From the NCBI RefSeq assembly GCF_025526975.1, contig NW_026515682.1:310001-374000 (forward strand): 64,000 nucleotides of DNA. The letters run 5' to 3'. Shown here piece after piece: positions 12,598 through 24,474 of this stretch. Under the pieces are notes generated by a model. It was not told where the DNA came from. It saw only the letters and a list, made by a program, of their open reading frames with translations, and ran no database searches. Made by a program: the position numbers and the translations under genes. The stretch is from Fimicolochytrium jonesii (Eukaryota). Each line of letters begins with the position of its first letter. Position 1 is the stretch's first letter.

Positions 12598-14507
12598 ATG
12601 ACCGGGCTTGCGATAAACGACCTGAGCAGGGCAGAATGGTCGGCATCCCCACTGGCAACGGAAGACGCCAGTCCCATCCCATACTCGAAGGTCATAAACG
12701 ACCCTATCCATGGGCACATCGAGCTTGAAGACTATTGCATGCACGTTATAGATACCCCGCAATTCCAACGGCTGAGAGACTTGAAGCAGCTGGGCAGCGC
12801 TTACTATGTGTTTCCAGGTAAGATTCGGCTTCATTTTGCGACCCACGACAGCATCGCTAACATTGAAATGTGATCTCTTGACTGACAGGTGCAGCGCACA
12901 ACCGTTTCGAGCATTCCATCGGAGTTTGCTATCTTGCAGGCAATCTGGTAGACCACCTTCGGAAAGCTCAGCCGAATTTGGGCATCACCGACAATGACGT
13001 CAAGTGTGTCAAGCTTGCCGGCCTGTGCCATGACCTCGGCCACGGTCCGTTCTCCCACATCTTCGATAACGAATTCATGAAGCAGGCGCGACCGGGGTTC
13101 CAGTGGACTCATGAGGTGGCCAGTCAGGACATGTTGGACTATTTGGTTGCTGAGAATGAGCATGTCAGCCTTACGCCAGGGGAGGTGCGGTTCATTAAGG
13201 ATCTGATTCATGGAGAGCCTCGCGGCGACTACCCACAAGCGGCCAAGCGGTTCCTCTTTGACATTGTTGCCAACAAACGTAACTCGATTGATGTTGATAA
13301 GGTACCGTCTGATTGTGTGATGCCCAAGTTTATACTCGTTACTCAAACAACGCATCCATTGCAGTTCGACTATATCCAAAGAGACTGCCATAACGTCGGC
13401 ATCAAAACCAGCCTGGACGCCACACGCTTCATGAGGCTGGCGCGGGTCATCGACAATCAAATCTGCTTCAACCAAAAAGAGAGCTTTAACATCTACGAGC
13501 TCTTCCACCGCCGTTTCTGCTTGTTCAAAATGGTGTATACCCATCGAGTAGGAAAGGCGGTGGAATACATGCTCTGCGAAGCCTTGTTGGCCGCTGACAA
13601 GTATCTCGGAATATCGTCATCCGTTGACGACATGAGTCGTTATATTCACATGACCGACGCGATCATTCGCGAGATTGAGCGGAGTACTGTGCCTGAACTG
13701 GCCAAATCAAGAGAGATCATTCATCGCCTGCGAATTCGCGAACTCTATCGCTACGTCGATCAGTCCATCGTGCCCCCAGAAGGGTACGAGGGCTACAAAC
13801 GCGAGGTCACGCCGGAAGCCATCGTCCGCTTCCAAGAGCCCGGAGACGACCTCACAGAAGACGACGTTATCATCGAATGGCTGAAACTCGGCTACGCCAT
13901 GCAAGACCAGAACCCGGTAGACGCCGTCAAATTCTACAACAAATGGCAACCCACCCAAAGCTTCCACATTGGCCGCGAACAAATCTCCTCGTTCCTACCC
14001 ACCAATTTCCAGGAAATAACTCTGCGGGTCTTCACTCGCGACAACAATAAACGGCAGCGGGTCCAAGCCGCATTCAGGAAGTTGGTCGACCATCTCAACG
14101 GATCCACCAGCTCTTTCCTCGATTCAGGCAACGAGGACGAGGACGACGGCCTGAGGACCGTGCCCGGTAGCATCGAAGCCGATCGTCAATCAGGCAGTCT
14201 GTCGTTGCAACAAACACCAGGCGACCTCACCGGCCGCCGCCTCTTCACCGACGCCAACGGCGACCCCACAACGCCGTCCGCCAGCCCCACCCCTTCCTCC
14301 ATCCGCAGCGTGTCGCGAACACGGGAACGCGGCTCCACCTCAGCACAGGGCAGCCCGATGCGTCCGCATAGGTTGAGTCCGCCGACGTCGACGATCTTGC
14401 CGAATAATTATCGGGATATTGCGGATAGCCCGGCTACTAAGAAGAGGAAGAGGACGGGGGAGGATAGGAGGCCGGTGGTTGCTCCGAGTGGGGCTGTGGA
14501 GCACTGA
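12598..14507 (+). CDS. SAMHD1-like HD-domain dNTP triphosphohydrolase
   Basis: [11 protein letters not shown]...[16 protein letters not shown]...[31 protein letters not shown] and IDVDK|FDY, with two short introns. Confidence 0.9.
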
Positions 14508-14906
14508 AAGACATTTGATATATACACCAACTGCATCGCCATCGCATCCACTCTTGTATAGACAAACACATTATTGGCTGTCTCGCCATAGTTAAATCGA
14601 CATCAGAGAGCGCATACCTTCACCCCTGCATATCCCTCCTCCCTATCATCTGGTACCCCTGAGTTTTGCTGCATCCATATCCTTTGTATCTGTATCGATA
14701 ACGCACATTTCGGCCCCTACATATAGATTTTGGCATTCTGCCCCCCAGAACGCCCAATGTATTATGTTCACATCCTGCGCCCCGAATGGCTCCTAGTTGT
14801 TCATCGGATGGGCTGGTTTAAGGATGCGACGAACGTGTTTGTACGGTTGTATGTATATGGAGGAAATGATGAGAATAAATATACAGAAATGTAGCGCTGT
14901 TGGGTG

Positions 14907-14951
14907 TGACTTCCTACTTCCTACGCTGACTTCCTACTTCCTACGCTGACT
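14907..14951 (+). repeat. 20-bp tandem duplication (tgacttcctacttcctacgc x2)
   Basis: Read directly downstream of the TIM9 stop codon. Confidence 0.8.
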
Positions 14952-15005
14952 GCGACGCAGCGAAACCGAAATTTTGATTGGGAGGCTCTATCTCGCTATA
15001 TCAGC

Positions 15006-15671
15006 TTATTGTGATCCAGGAAACTGCCCCATCGCCCCCTGCTGTTGCTGCTGTAACAGCGCATTCTGTTCCCCAAACCTTAGCCCCACCCGCTCGGAAT
15101 GTTTGATGAATTTGTCGACGCATCTGTTCGTGCATGTGTCCTGTGTGATGTGATGATTGTGAGGAAGCTGTGGGGACGGATGTGATGTGGGGGCGGGGTG
15201 GGGATATGGCTTACCTCCTTTGTGGACAGGGCTTTTGATGTGAAATCGTTTACGCAGTCGGCGAAGCAGCGATCGACGAGACTGGCGTAGAGGCGGAGGA
15301 AGTCTTTCATCTGGGGGTGGGAGTGGGAGAAGTGGGAGTTGGCGAGGCGGGTTAGTGGCGGGGTTGAGTGGATTGCGGTTTCCGGGTCGATCGGGGTAGC
15401 GGCTTCGCCCTCGTGGTCGCTCGGGTATTGGGTCCATGTTCCCATGTGGTGCTCCTGACACCATTGACTGCTCTGCAAAACTTTCGACACGTCTCCCCAG
15501 CAGCTTCTACGGTTCGCACACCTCCCTCAAATACCCCTCTACGTTTCTTCGGAATGCCTGTCCCCCGAGTCCCCGCTGCCGTAGTACTACGAGGGATGTG
15601 CATACCTGCTTCTGTTCGATGTAAGCGTTCATCCGTGAGCGGTCCACGTCCGAGAGTCCGCTGAAGTCCAT
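15006..15671 (-). CDS. TIM9: Mitochondrial small Tim chaperone Tim9
   Basis: Three exons: [22 protein letters not shown] | [32 protein letters not shown] | [22 protein letters not shown], giving a twin CX3C motif. Intron 1 is 15311-15605. Confidence 0.92.
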
Positions 15672-15715
15672 TGTGGTGAGGGGAGTGGTGGTGGTGCCTG
15701 GGGGGGTTGCTTATG

Positions 15716-15742
15716 TAGATAGATAGATAGATAGATAGATAG
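15716..15742 (+). repeat. (GATA)n microsatellite
   Basis: A tagatagatagata... run in the short divergent TIM9/ANTH intergenic region. Confidence 0.85.
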
Positions 15743-15954
15743 CAGTGGGGCTGTTCTTGTCGCTGCTGTGTCGCCGGTCGTTGCTCCGAATGTCGTCTGA
15801 ATGCAGGAGTGCCGTTGGGGACGCGTCTCTTGTGCGCCTCCATCCGTCAGAACGACACTCTGCGGCCGTCTGCCTGCCTGCCATCACTGCCGCTTCCCAA
15901 CGTTCAACCCCAACCCCCATCGCAACCGTGTATTCCTTCGGCCACAATCCGGGC

Positions 15955-18900
15955 ATGCGGCCCCTCATCGCTATGGAGAGGTCCGTCAACAAACTGACCT
16001 CAAAGACTATCAAACCGCTCAAGCCCAAGCATGTTCAGAGTGCGTATTTCGGTGGATGAGTGCAGGAGGAGCGGAGTGACCAACGCAGTGACGAGCGAAC
16101 CGTGCGATGGTGGTTTGCGGATGTATCCGAGCGATAGCGAGGAGGATGCTTAAGGGTTCCGAGCGACAGCGACGAGAACGCGACACCGAGCCAATTACCG
16201 GAGGTCCAAGAACGCTTGAGCCGCGAGCGACAGCGAAAGCGCGAGCAGAGCGAGCCCACATTCCCACCAAAGGCGCGCTTCCCCTATTTACGGTTCTTGG
16301 CGAGCATCAGCGAGCGAAGCGAGCTACTCTCCGCCCGCATCCCAACATCCTCGTCGCAATGTGGTGATGGTTGAATGATGGGTTCATGGGTTGACACTAA
16401 CGCCTTTCCTTACTTGATTATCAGTATTGACTGGAGCATCATGGCAGCGAGAAATCCCCATATCGGAGTTGTTCCGATACATCAACCACCGGTTGAGGGA
16501 AGACCATTGGGTGATAACATTCAAAGCCCTAATAACAATCCACATCCTAATGCGCGAAGGCGCCACCGACCGCGTCCTCGGCTTCATCGTCAGCAACCCG
16601 GGTTTGCTACGGATGCACAACTTCCGCGACCGCACCAACACCGCACTGGGCCAGGAGCAGTCCAAGAACCTGCGCGCTTATTCGCAGTATCTCGAGGAGA
16701 AGGTGGCGGCATTTAAGGAGCTTAAAGTGGATTTTGTGAGGAGCAAGGCGGATATGATTGCGAGGTTGAGGAGTTTGCCGGTCGAAGATGGGTTGTTGAA
16801 GGAGGTGGAGCTTTTGCAGAAGCAGATTGATGCGCTGCTTGGGTGTACTGTGAGTAGCGCGAGTACGAAGCGAGAGCGAGGGCGAGCGTTAGCGAGTTGC
16901 GAATTCGATCGAGGACGACCGTTAGCGAGCTGGATGGTTTTCGCCCATATCATTTGCGAATACGACACTCACGCATTCACCCCTTCATTGTTTCCAGTTC
17001 TACCTGGAGGAAATCGATAATGTTGTAACCCTACAAGCATTCCGACTCCTCATCGGCGATATGATGGCGCTCTTCCATCTCCTAAACGAATCAGTCATTC
17101 GCATTCTCGGTACGTTTCATTCATCAGCAAAAAAGCGGCACGCGAAATTCGCTTGTATGATGCTAACTCTCCGCTTTGAAACAGGGGAATACTTCGAAAT
17201 GTCGAAAAGCGACGCGGAACGAGCCCTCCAGATCTACAAAAACTTTGCAACACAGACCACCAAAACCGTCGAATTCTTCGATATCGCCCGGCGGCTGAAG
17301 CACGCCCTTGGTATGGATGTTCCTGCGTTTAAACACGTACGTTGGAGGTGATTTAGAGCGGGGCGTGGTGGATGGTGGTTGATTTGGTTTCTTTTCAGGC
17401 ACCGGTGTCGTTGGCGGGAGCGCTGGAGGATTATTTGAAGGCGCCGGATTTTGAGGCGCAGCGGATGGCTTATAAGGAGAAGAAGGGGGGTAAGACAGGT
17501 GGAACCGCGTCGGCTTCTGCTCCGGCTTCGAAAGGTTTGTTCTGAGGGATGTCATGTGCCACCACTTCGTACTAACTGCGAACCCCATCAATTTCTAGGA
17601 ACGGCAGCCACCTCAACGCAATCATCAACCCAACCCACCTCCACCTCCAAGCAACCCGAGAAACCAGCAATCGACTTTTTCTCCAGCCTCGACGACGAAC
17701 TAAGCGCTTTCCAAGCACCCGCCGTCCAAGCCCAATACAACACCGCCGCCGACCCCTTTGGCGGACTCTGGGGCGGCGGCCAGGACGGCGGCGCAAGTGC
17801 TGCCAGCAACCCGTTCGGAGCAGTACAGACCACCAACCCATTCGCTCTGAAGAATCAGGAACTGCAGCAGCAGACGCAGGATATCAATAGCCAGTTGCAG
17901 GCTTTGCAGGCGGGGTTGAATACGTTTAATGTGCAGGGGGCGGCGGATCCGTTCGGTGGTGGTGGTGGTGCGGGTGGGCAGATGGTACTAGCCAGCCAGG
18001 GCGGGTTCCCGATGCTGCAGCAACAGCAGTCTCAATCGCAGTTTGGGGGTTACTCCCCCTTCGCGATGCCCCAGCAACAACAACAACAACCACAGGGATT
18101 CGGCGCCGGGGGAGGCGCCTTCACCGTCGAAAACGTTTTCGGAAACAACGACGCGTTCGGCAGCGGCGGAGGTGGTGCAGCACCAGCAACCCGAAACAAC
18201 CCCTTCGGCGGCCCCACCACCGCCGCCCTCCCCGCCCCGCTCGCCACCCAACAATCCTCCACCGACCCTTTCGCAGGCCTCGGACTCCCCCAACAGCAAC
18301 CGTCAACAACAAACCCCACCCTGGACCCGTTCGGTTTGAACCGCCAACCGACGACGTTCGGGAACAATGGCATGCAACAAGGCGCGTTTGCCGCGTTACA
18401 GGGCCAGGCTACCGGTGCAGGCTCGTTAAATAACCCGTTCGCGTCTACCGGCCAACCACAACAACAACAACAACAACCATTCGCCCCCCGCTCAACCACC
18501 ACAACAACAGGCTTCGGCGGCGCACCCCAACCCAATAACTACACCGCCGCCCCTACGCTCTCCACCGCATTCGGAGGGTTCGGGTCGTCGAATCATTCCA
18601 CGAGTGCCGGGGTGAATTTTGGTGGGAATAGTAATGTGTTGAGCGGGTTTTCCCTCGGGCTTGGCGTCGGCGGGGTCGGCGGGGGTGGAGGTGCAGGTGC
18701 AGGGGGGTTTGGGACGACCCACCACCCCAACACGTCGAATGTATCGTTCACCAACAACAACCCGAATGCGAATCGGGCATCGTTTCTGCCTGGGATGGGA
18801 GTGTCGGGTGGGAATTTGGGCGGGGCGGGGGCGTTTAACCCGTTTGCGACTGGGGGTGGTGGTGGTGGGATGGGGATGGGGATGGGGATGGGGACGGGTG

Positions 18901-19130
18901 GGGTGCAGGGACAGCAGGGACAGCAGCAGCAGGGGGCGGCGGCGTTTAACCCGTTTGGAGCGCCGGCTGCGGCTGCGGCTGGGATGGGCGCTGGTGGCGC
19001 CGGTGCGGTGCCGTTTGGGAATTTTGCGAAACAGGTGGGTTTCTCGCGGCATCTCCGTGTCAACGGAAAGAATTCTTGGTTGCTCATCGTTCCCCTTTTT
19101 GTTTTGGTTTCCTAGGATTCATTGATCTGA
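15955..19130 (+). CDS. ANTH-domain clathrin adaptor (AP180/CALM, Yap1801/2-like), multi-exon
   Basis: ANTH motifs KPLKPKHVQ, WVITFKALITIHILMREG, LFHLLNESVIRIL and YFEMSKSDAERALQIYKNF; long Q/G-rich tail with many NPF/DPF motifs; terminal exon DSLI*. The start is 15955 or 15973. Confidence 0.9.
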
Positions 19131-19728
19131 GGAAATGTTGCGCTATCTGTGACGGGAACGATTCCGGCCGACCGAAACAAACCATTAACTCGTCACATCA
19201 TCCCCACCCTTCGAATGAGGGGATTCCGAATCTTTATTCAGACCCCGCTTTCCACATCAACTATAGACCATCACCCTTTGAACGCCTCATATGCTACCAC
19301 TAGCCTACATTCATTCCATCACCATCACTCTCCCCTCACACACCCACTCCCCATCCAAATCTTCAATACCACTACATTCCATTCATCCCCCCACATCCGT
19401 GGTATTCCACCTACGCCGGACGGCATCCTACTTCCAATTTCTAGATCTCGCTGGGCTACGTAACTATAATATTTGAAACTGGTTGCGTCGTGTCATACCC
19501 TGGGTGGCTGTGCGTGTGTGTATGCAGGTGTTTGAAGGGTTTCGGGCCGGGAGTGGATTCGGTCAGGACTCCGAGGTCGGCTGAGCATTCGTCGGTGTAT
19601 GCAGGTGGAGGTCGTGTCTATGTACCTGTGCTCGTCAGATGGCGAAGCCCCCGCCTGATGTGTTCAGAAACACACCTCCAGGAACGGTGATATGCCGCTC
19701 CGTGTACATCTCATCTCATCTCATCTCG

Positions 19729-21582
19729 TCACTCCTCCTCGACCTCGACCTCCTCCTCCTCCTCCGCCACGCCATCCCCAACCAACCCCCCATAATACGC
19801 CACAATCGCCTTCGACCTCCCATTCAAAAACTCCTCCTCGACCTCGCATACGCCGCCGGGGCCCGCTAGGTCTGCCAACTGGAATGCAGTGGAGGGGTTG
19901 ATGATCAGTATACGACCGACCGCACCACGACTTCCCCTTCGTCGAGGGGTGGGTGATCCATACCTGCTGTGATATCACGTTCCGCGGCATGAACATGCAT
20001 ACGTTGGGTGTGACGGCCCGGGCAGTCTCGAATAGGGTCGTCCTGTAAAAACAGCGCGTGGGTGAGTCGGGTGGGACGCCCTCGCCAAACCAATATGATG
20101 CAAAAAGAAAACACATACGCGTCAATCGGCAGCATGGTGTGAATATCATACGCGTCCGCCTGTAGGTATTCTGGGCCACCCCATGGCGGGGAGAGGAATA
20201 TTGTATCCGCCTAACGAATGATCCCCCGTCACGTTAGCGTAAGCTGCTGATGGGTCCAAGGCAACAACATAGCGTCATCATACCGTCCGCCCCTTGAGCA
20301 CCTCCAACACGTCCCCGAGTACAAACTCGATCTTGTCCTCGACGCCGTAGATGCGCGCGTTGTTGCGGGCGCAGCGGAGTTTCGTGGGGTCGATGTCGAT
20401 TGCTATCACTGGAAGGGGGAGGAAGGGATAGGTTGGATCGTTTCTGGGATTGAAACTGTCGAAGGGCGAGGAGAGGGAGGATTCCCACCTTTTTTGCAGG
20501 TCTTCGCAAACTGGATCGCGTTGCCTCCTGCCTGTTTTGCCCCCGCGCGTGTGAGATGGTAGTCGATGTGTGTGAGACATGATGCGTCGTGGAAGACGTA
20601 CCCCGCAGAACCCGTCAATGATTGTATCGCACGCCAAGCGCTGTGCTTGGTATTCGGCTACTTTCTCGGGAGTGACTGAGAACCAGCTCTCTACAACGCG
20701 ACAGAAAACGAGCGAAATCAGACGTTAGATTGGAAGTTGTGAATAGTAGACATGGGCAATTCACACTCATACCTTCATCCAACATGATCCCCTCATCGTA
20801 TTTCGAAAACAGGTTGTATCGCTGATACCAGTATTTCACCAGATGCTCCGGGATATGCTCCGCGCCCCATATGTAGTATTCATCTCCCAGCTCTTCGTCC
20901 CCATTCTTGTATAGAGGTGTTGCGTTGTTTGTCTCCATGGTGCTTTCCGGTTCGGGAATGGGTTGTATGGGCGTCGACACAACCGCCTGCCCCTTCCCCT
21001 TCGGCGTCTTCATCACCGCTGGAACCGCATCAATCCCGCCCTGCATCTCCTGCGCCCTCAACGTCGCCAAAAACGCGGCGGCGAGCGATGTCGCCGCCTT
21101 TACCGGCTTCAAAATCGCCGGCTTGACGGTGAAAACCGGCCGAGTCGGTTCAGGCGTCATGCCTACTTTATCGATCGTGATCATTGCATCGAGTGCCACC
21201 TCCTCTCCCCCCTTGTCGCCATCGCCGTCCTCTTTGTCGTCGTCGTCGTCGTCACTCGCCTCCCCCTCCTCCTTCTCCTTCTCCACGTCCAGCGTCAATC
21301 CTCGCTTCTTTTTCTTGCCACGCCCTCTCTTCCTGTTAGCCCGCTTTCGTTTTGTCGATGGAGGCCTTTCCTGTCCACCGGGCGTATCTCCTGCTTTCGA
21401 AGCTGGCGTTAGTGCCTCGTTTGGGGAGTCGGCGCCCTCATGCGATTCGAGTCGCCCCTTTAGCTGTTGAGAGTTGGATGAACGTGATGCCACGGGCGAG
21501 GAGTTACACTGCAAACACTTCTACTCACTCTATTTGAGGTTGACGCCGAAGCATCCACTTTGTGTGGAGTCGAAGTCACCAT
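19729..21582 (-). CDS. TGS1: Trimethylguanosine synthase
   Basis: KYWYQRYNLFSKYDEGIMLD, WFSVTPEKVA, IIDGFCG, GGNAIQFA, IAIDIDP...ARNNARIYGV, SPPWGG, and C-terminal EVEEEFLNGRSKAIVAYYG; many short introns. Confidence 0.9.
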
Positions 21583-21878
21583 TACACGGACAAGTTTGGG
21601 CTTTCGGGGAAGCCGCGAAGTTTCCCTCTGGAATGAAACTATGTGGTGCAGGTTTAGGGCCCGTTCCCAACTCTGACGGGTTGAGGCTGCAAAGGCCTCG
21701 AGCGCGGGGGGACGAAGTGGCTCCGGTCGTCGTCGAGAATGCGAGTGCTTTCCTGTGCGCTGCTTTCGTTTCCCCGCGTCTTCGCAGTCCTGGCGTTCCT
21801 TCCTTCCGCGTCAAGTCCTCCGAGAGACACAGGCACAGACAGGAACCCTAGGCCTTCGACTTGCCGCATACGCAAAGG

Positions 21879-22565
21879 ATGACCTTCGCAGCACGTTTAG
21901 CAACAAGGGCCGGGTTGGGACTCGGAGCTTCGACGATCGCGACAGGGCAAAGCTGTGTTGCTCGCGGAATTGCGAGGCCACAAGCGTACTCGACCGGCGC
22001 TGGCCCTTCGGCCGACACTGGTAAGCCACTCTTCTGGTTGGAACCTGCTTTGTTTGCTTGCAGCGAGTTCGGTTTACTCAACACCCACTCTTGCCCCCTA
22101 CAACCAGATATCCTCCAAAGACTACGAGGAGACCTCTCAACCGCCCTCAAAGCCAAGAACAAAAGCGTCTCAACCCCCATCCGCTCCCTCCTCAGTGAAA
22201 TCACCTACGCCCAGAAACAACAAACCCCAGCAGCAAGCACCGCAGCGACCGTCGCAGTCGTCCCCATCATCCGAAAAGCGATAAAGAAGCGCCAAGAGTC
22301 CGCAGACGCGTTCCGCGCGAACCAGCGGGACGATCTGGCCATGAAGGAGGAGGAGGAGGCCAAGTTCCTCGCGGCGTATTTGCCTGCGCAGCTGACGCCA
22401 GCCCAGGTTGATGAGTTGGTGAGGCAGATTGCCCTGGATTTGGGGGTGAAGGGGCCGAAGGATATGGGAAAGGTGATGAAGGAGGCGAATGTGAGGATTG
22501 ATGAGTCGGTTGCGCCGAGGAAGGTTGTCGCTGATGCCGTGAAGAGGATGATCAGTAGCTTATAG
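21879..22565 (+). CDS. AIM41: Mitochondrial Yqey/GatB-like protein (Aim41-like)
   Basis: Arg/Ala-rich presequence; LRGDLSTALKAKNK, KKRQESADAF...RDDLAMKEEEE...YLPAQL and KDMGKVMK; in-frame intron from about 22021. Confidence 0.85.
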   Translation: MTFAARLATRAGLGLGASTIATGQSCVARGIARPQAYSTGAGPSADTGKPLFWLEPALFACSEFGLLNTHSCPLQPDILQRLRGDLSTALKAKNKSVSTPIRSLLSEITYAQKQQTPAASTAATVAVVPIIRKAIKKRQESADAFRANQRDDLAMKEEEEAKFLAAYLPAQLTPAQVDELVRQIALDLGVKGPKDMGKVMKEANVRIDESVAPRKVVADAVKRMISSL

Positions 22566-23115
22566 GGTGGGGTTGATGTTGATGTGCGTGAGGAGGGATT
22601 TAGGGCAGATATAGATAGACCGTAGGCTTTGACACTCAATCGCATATATGGAGTTCCATGCCTCTGTATAGAGTCTCCGTGATGCTATGAATTTCAGTGA
22701 GACGATCGCCAACATCGGGCATTTGAGAGCATCAACGACAGTATCGCGGGCTTTTTCCCTGGTTTCATAATGCACAATTCATGTGACTTTTCGACATACA
22801 CCAAGCGACTAGCCCAATGCATCAGAATAGATCGCCGAGAAAACAGATGTGTCCCCCTCGTAACCTACGTCGCTGCCCGGCGCAAAGTCCCTCCTCGCCA
22901 TCTTCCTCCTCACATCCACCCATCCACCGCCCCACCGCACGGACAAGTAAATACAAGTTTTTGGCATTGAAACCGCCAAGAACCACCATCTCAAAAGAAG
23001 TGATATGTGGCAAGGGCGACGAAGGAGGTACCGGGATCCTCGCGGTAGCAGAGGAGAAAGTATTTTGCAAAATTAGGGGTATGTGTCAAACAACCGCGAA
23101 AGAGGGGCGAAACGT

Positions 23116-23687
23116 CTACAGCAGCTTGTTCAGGATCTCAAATATCGCTGCCCAAAAGAAGAAAGATAAGGAGGTAAGCAAACGCCATCCCTCATAAGTG
23201 GGTAGACCATACAACGAAAGATATCCCTTACATGACCCAATCACAACAAACACGATAAACCCCAACAGAATCGGGCCAACGGGGTACTTTGCCGTCTCCT
23301 TTTTCAGCGTTGGCTTGACGAAGCCTCGTTTGTGGATGTTTCTATAAACACAATCGTATGAGGATATGTGATGGCATTGTGAGTGTGGCGAGGCTGACGG
23401 AGAGCGGCTTACTGTGCGTAGGCTTGGTTCTTTTGGCGGATGGCGGGTGGTGCGGACTATATATCAAACAGGGATGAGTGGCCCGCTCGTACGTGCGTAT
23501 TCTTTTTCCGGAATAGCTGCTCCTTCAGCCTGACGCGGAGTCCTCCAACTGCCCCCAGCCCGTGGAACCGAGTAGTTATAGCTTATATCGCCGCCCCAAG
23601 TCGCTTTCCCCTCAGTAGGTTTCCACCATGCCCAAGTCGTGGTGATCACACGCCCGAAATAGTCCAGAGCCCAGAGTCACCCACCAT
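23116..23687 (-). CDS. Ribosome-associated membrane protein RAMP4/SERP1 (Ysy6-like), 4 small exons
   Basis: M|SAPPAIRQKNQAYA|QNIHKRGFVKPTLKKETAKYPVGPILLGFIVFVVIGS|...IFEILNKLL*, assembled from GT-AG junctions. Not in the ORF track. Confidence 0.85.
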
Positions 23688-24101
23688 GGCTGCAAGCGGA
23701 TATGAGAGGGGCTGGACTAACGGTCGAAGAAGTTGTAATTCGTTCGTGAGTTGACGGCTGTAAGTGTCCTAGATCATGAGTGTAAGTTGGATGTGTTTGA
23801 ATGTGCGGCTACCAGGTTGCATACTTTTGTTTGCGTGTGTGTGCAGAGATACAGTCGGCTGGAGTTCTGTGCTGGTTGGCTTGGGCTTTGTAGAGTGGCA
23901 GTCTGCGTCCGTTGTGTGGACGAGGTTGGGGATTGGGCTTTTGAGAACTCGAAGCGTGGAGCCTTCCAGAGAGCGACGTGTGCGACCCAGAGCGGAATGC
24001 GAGCAATCCAGCCAACCACGGAGCGCGTCGCTGACCGCCGCCGTCACTCACCCGCGTCGCTGGTCTTCCCACCCTTCCTCCCGTCGCAAAATACCTAAGA
24101 C

Positions 24102-24213
24102 TATGTGCACAACAGAGGACAACATAGCTGACTTACGCAATCACCTCGGCCGCTCATAAATGATCTCAATCCTCCCCACCCCATCCGGATCAACCTGCGC
24201 AACATCCGAATAC
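24102..24213 (+). repeat. Near-identical direct copy of 63881-64000
   Basis: catagctgac(t)tacgcaatcacctcggccgctcataaa..atctcaatcctccccaccccatccggatcaacctgcgcaacatccgaatac occurs in both places. Confidence 0.92.
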
Positions 24214-24474
24214 TTCCTCGTCACCCGCTTCCTCTTCCTCCACTGCCACAGTCCCCCTCCCACACCCCCCCTCAAAACCATCCCCAAACCCACTTCGCCA
24301 CCCTCCCCACCCCCTGCGCTTCCTCCTCCGCCCTCGGTATGGTGGCAGCAACATGCAACAAAATCGCTCCCAACTCACACTAAACGTCCCAATCTCGTTC
24401 ACACTCTCAAACGCTGGATCGGAACTCGCACCCTCGCCATGCACATGATGTTTCAGCAACTCGCGACCGAACAT
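24141..24474 (-). pseudogene. Probable degenerate 3' fragment of a membrane-protein gene
   Basis: The minus strand reads ...GLGMVLRGGVGGGLWQWRKRKRVTRKYSDVAQVDPDGVGRIEIIYERPR*. No convincing upstream gene body, and the same C-terminus appears at 63928-64000. Confidence 0.45.

Noticed and set aside
11949..12719. 256-aa minus-strand ORF
   Set aside because: It spans the CBK1/SAMHD1 divergent promoter and the antisense of SAMHD1, with no recognisable motifs.
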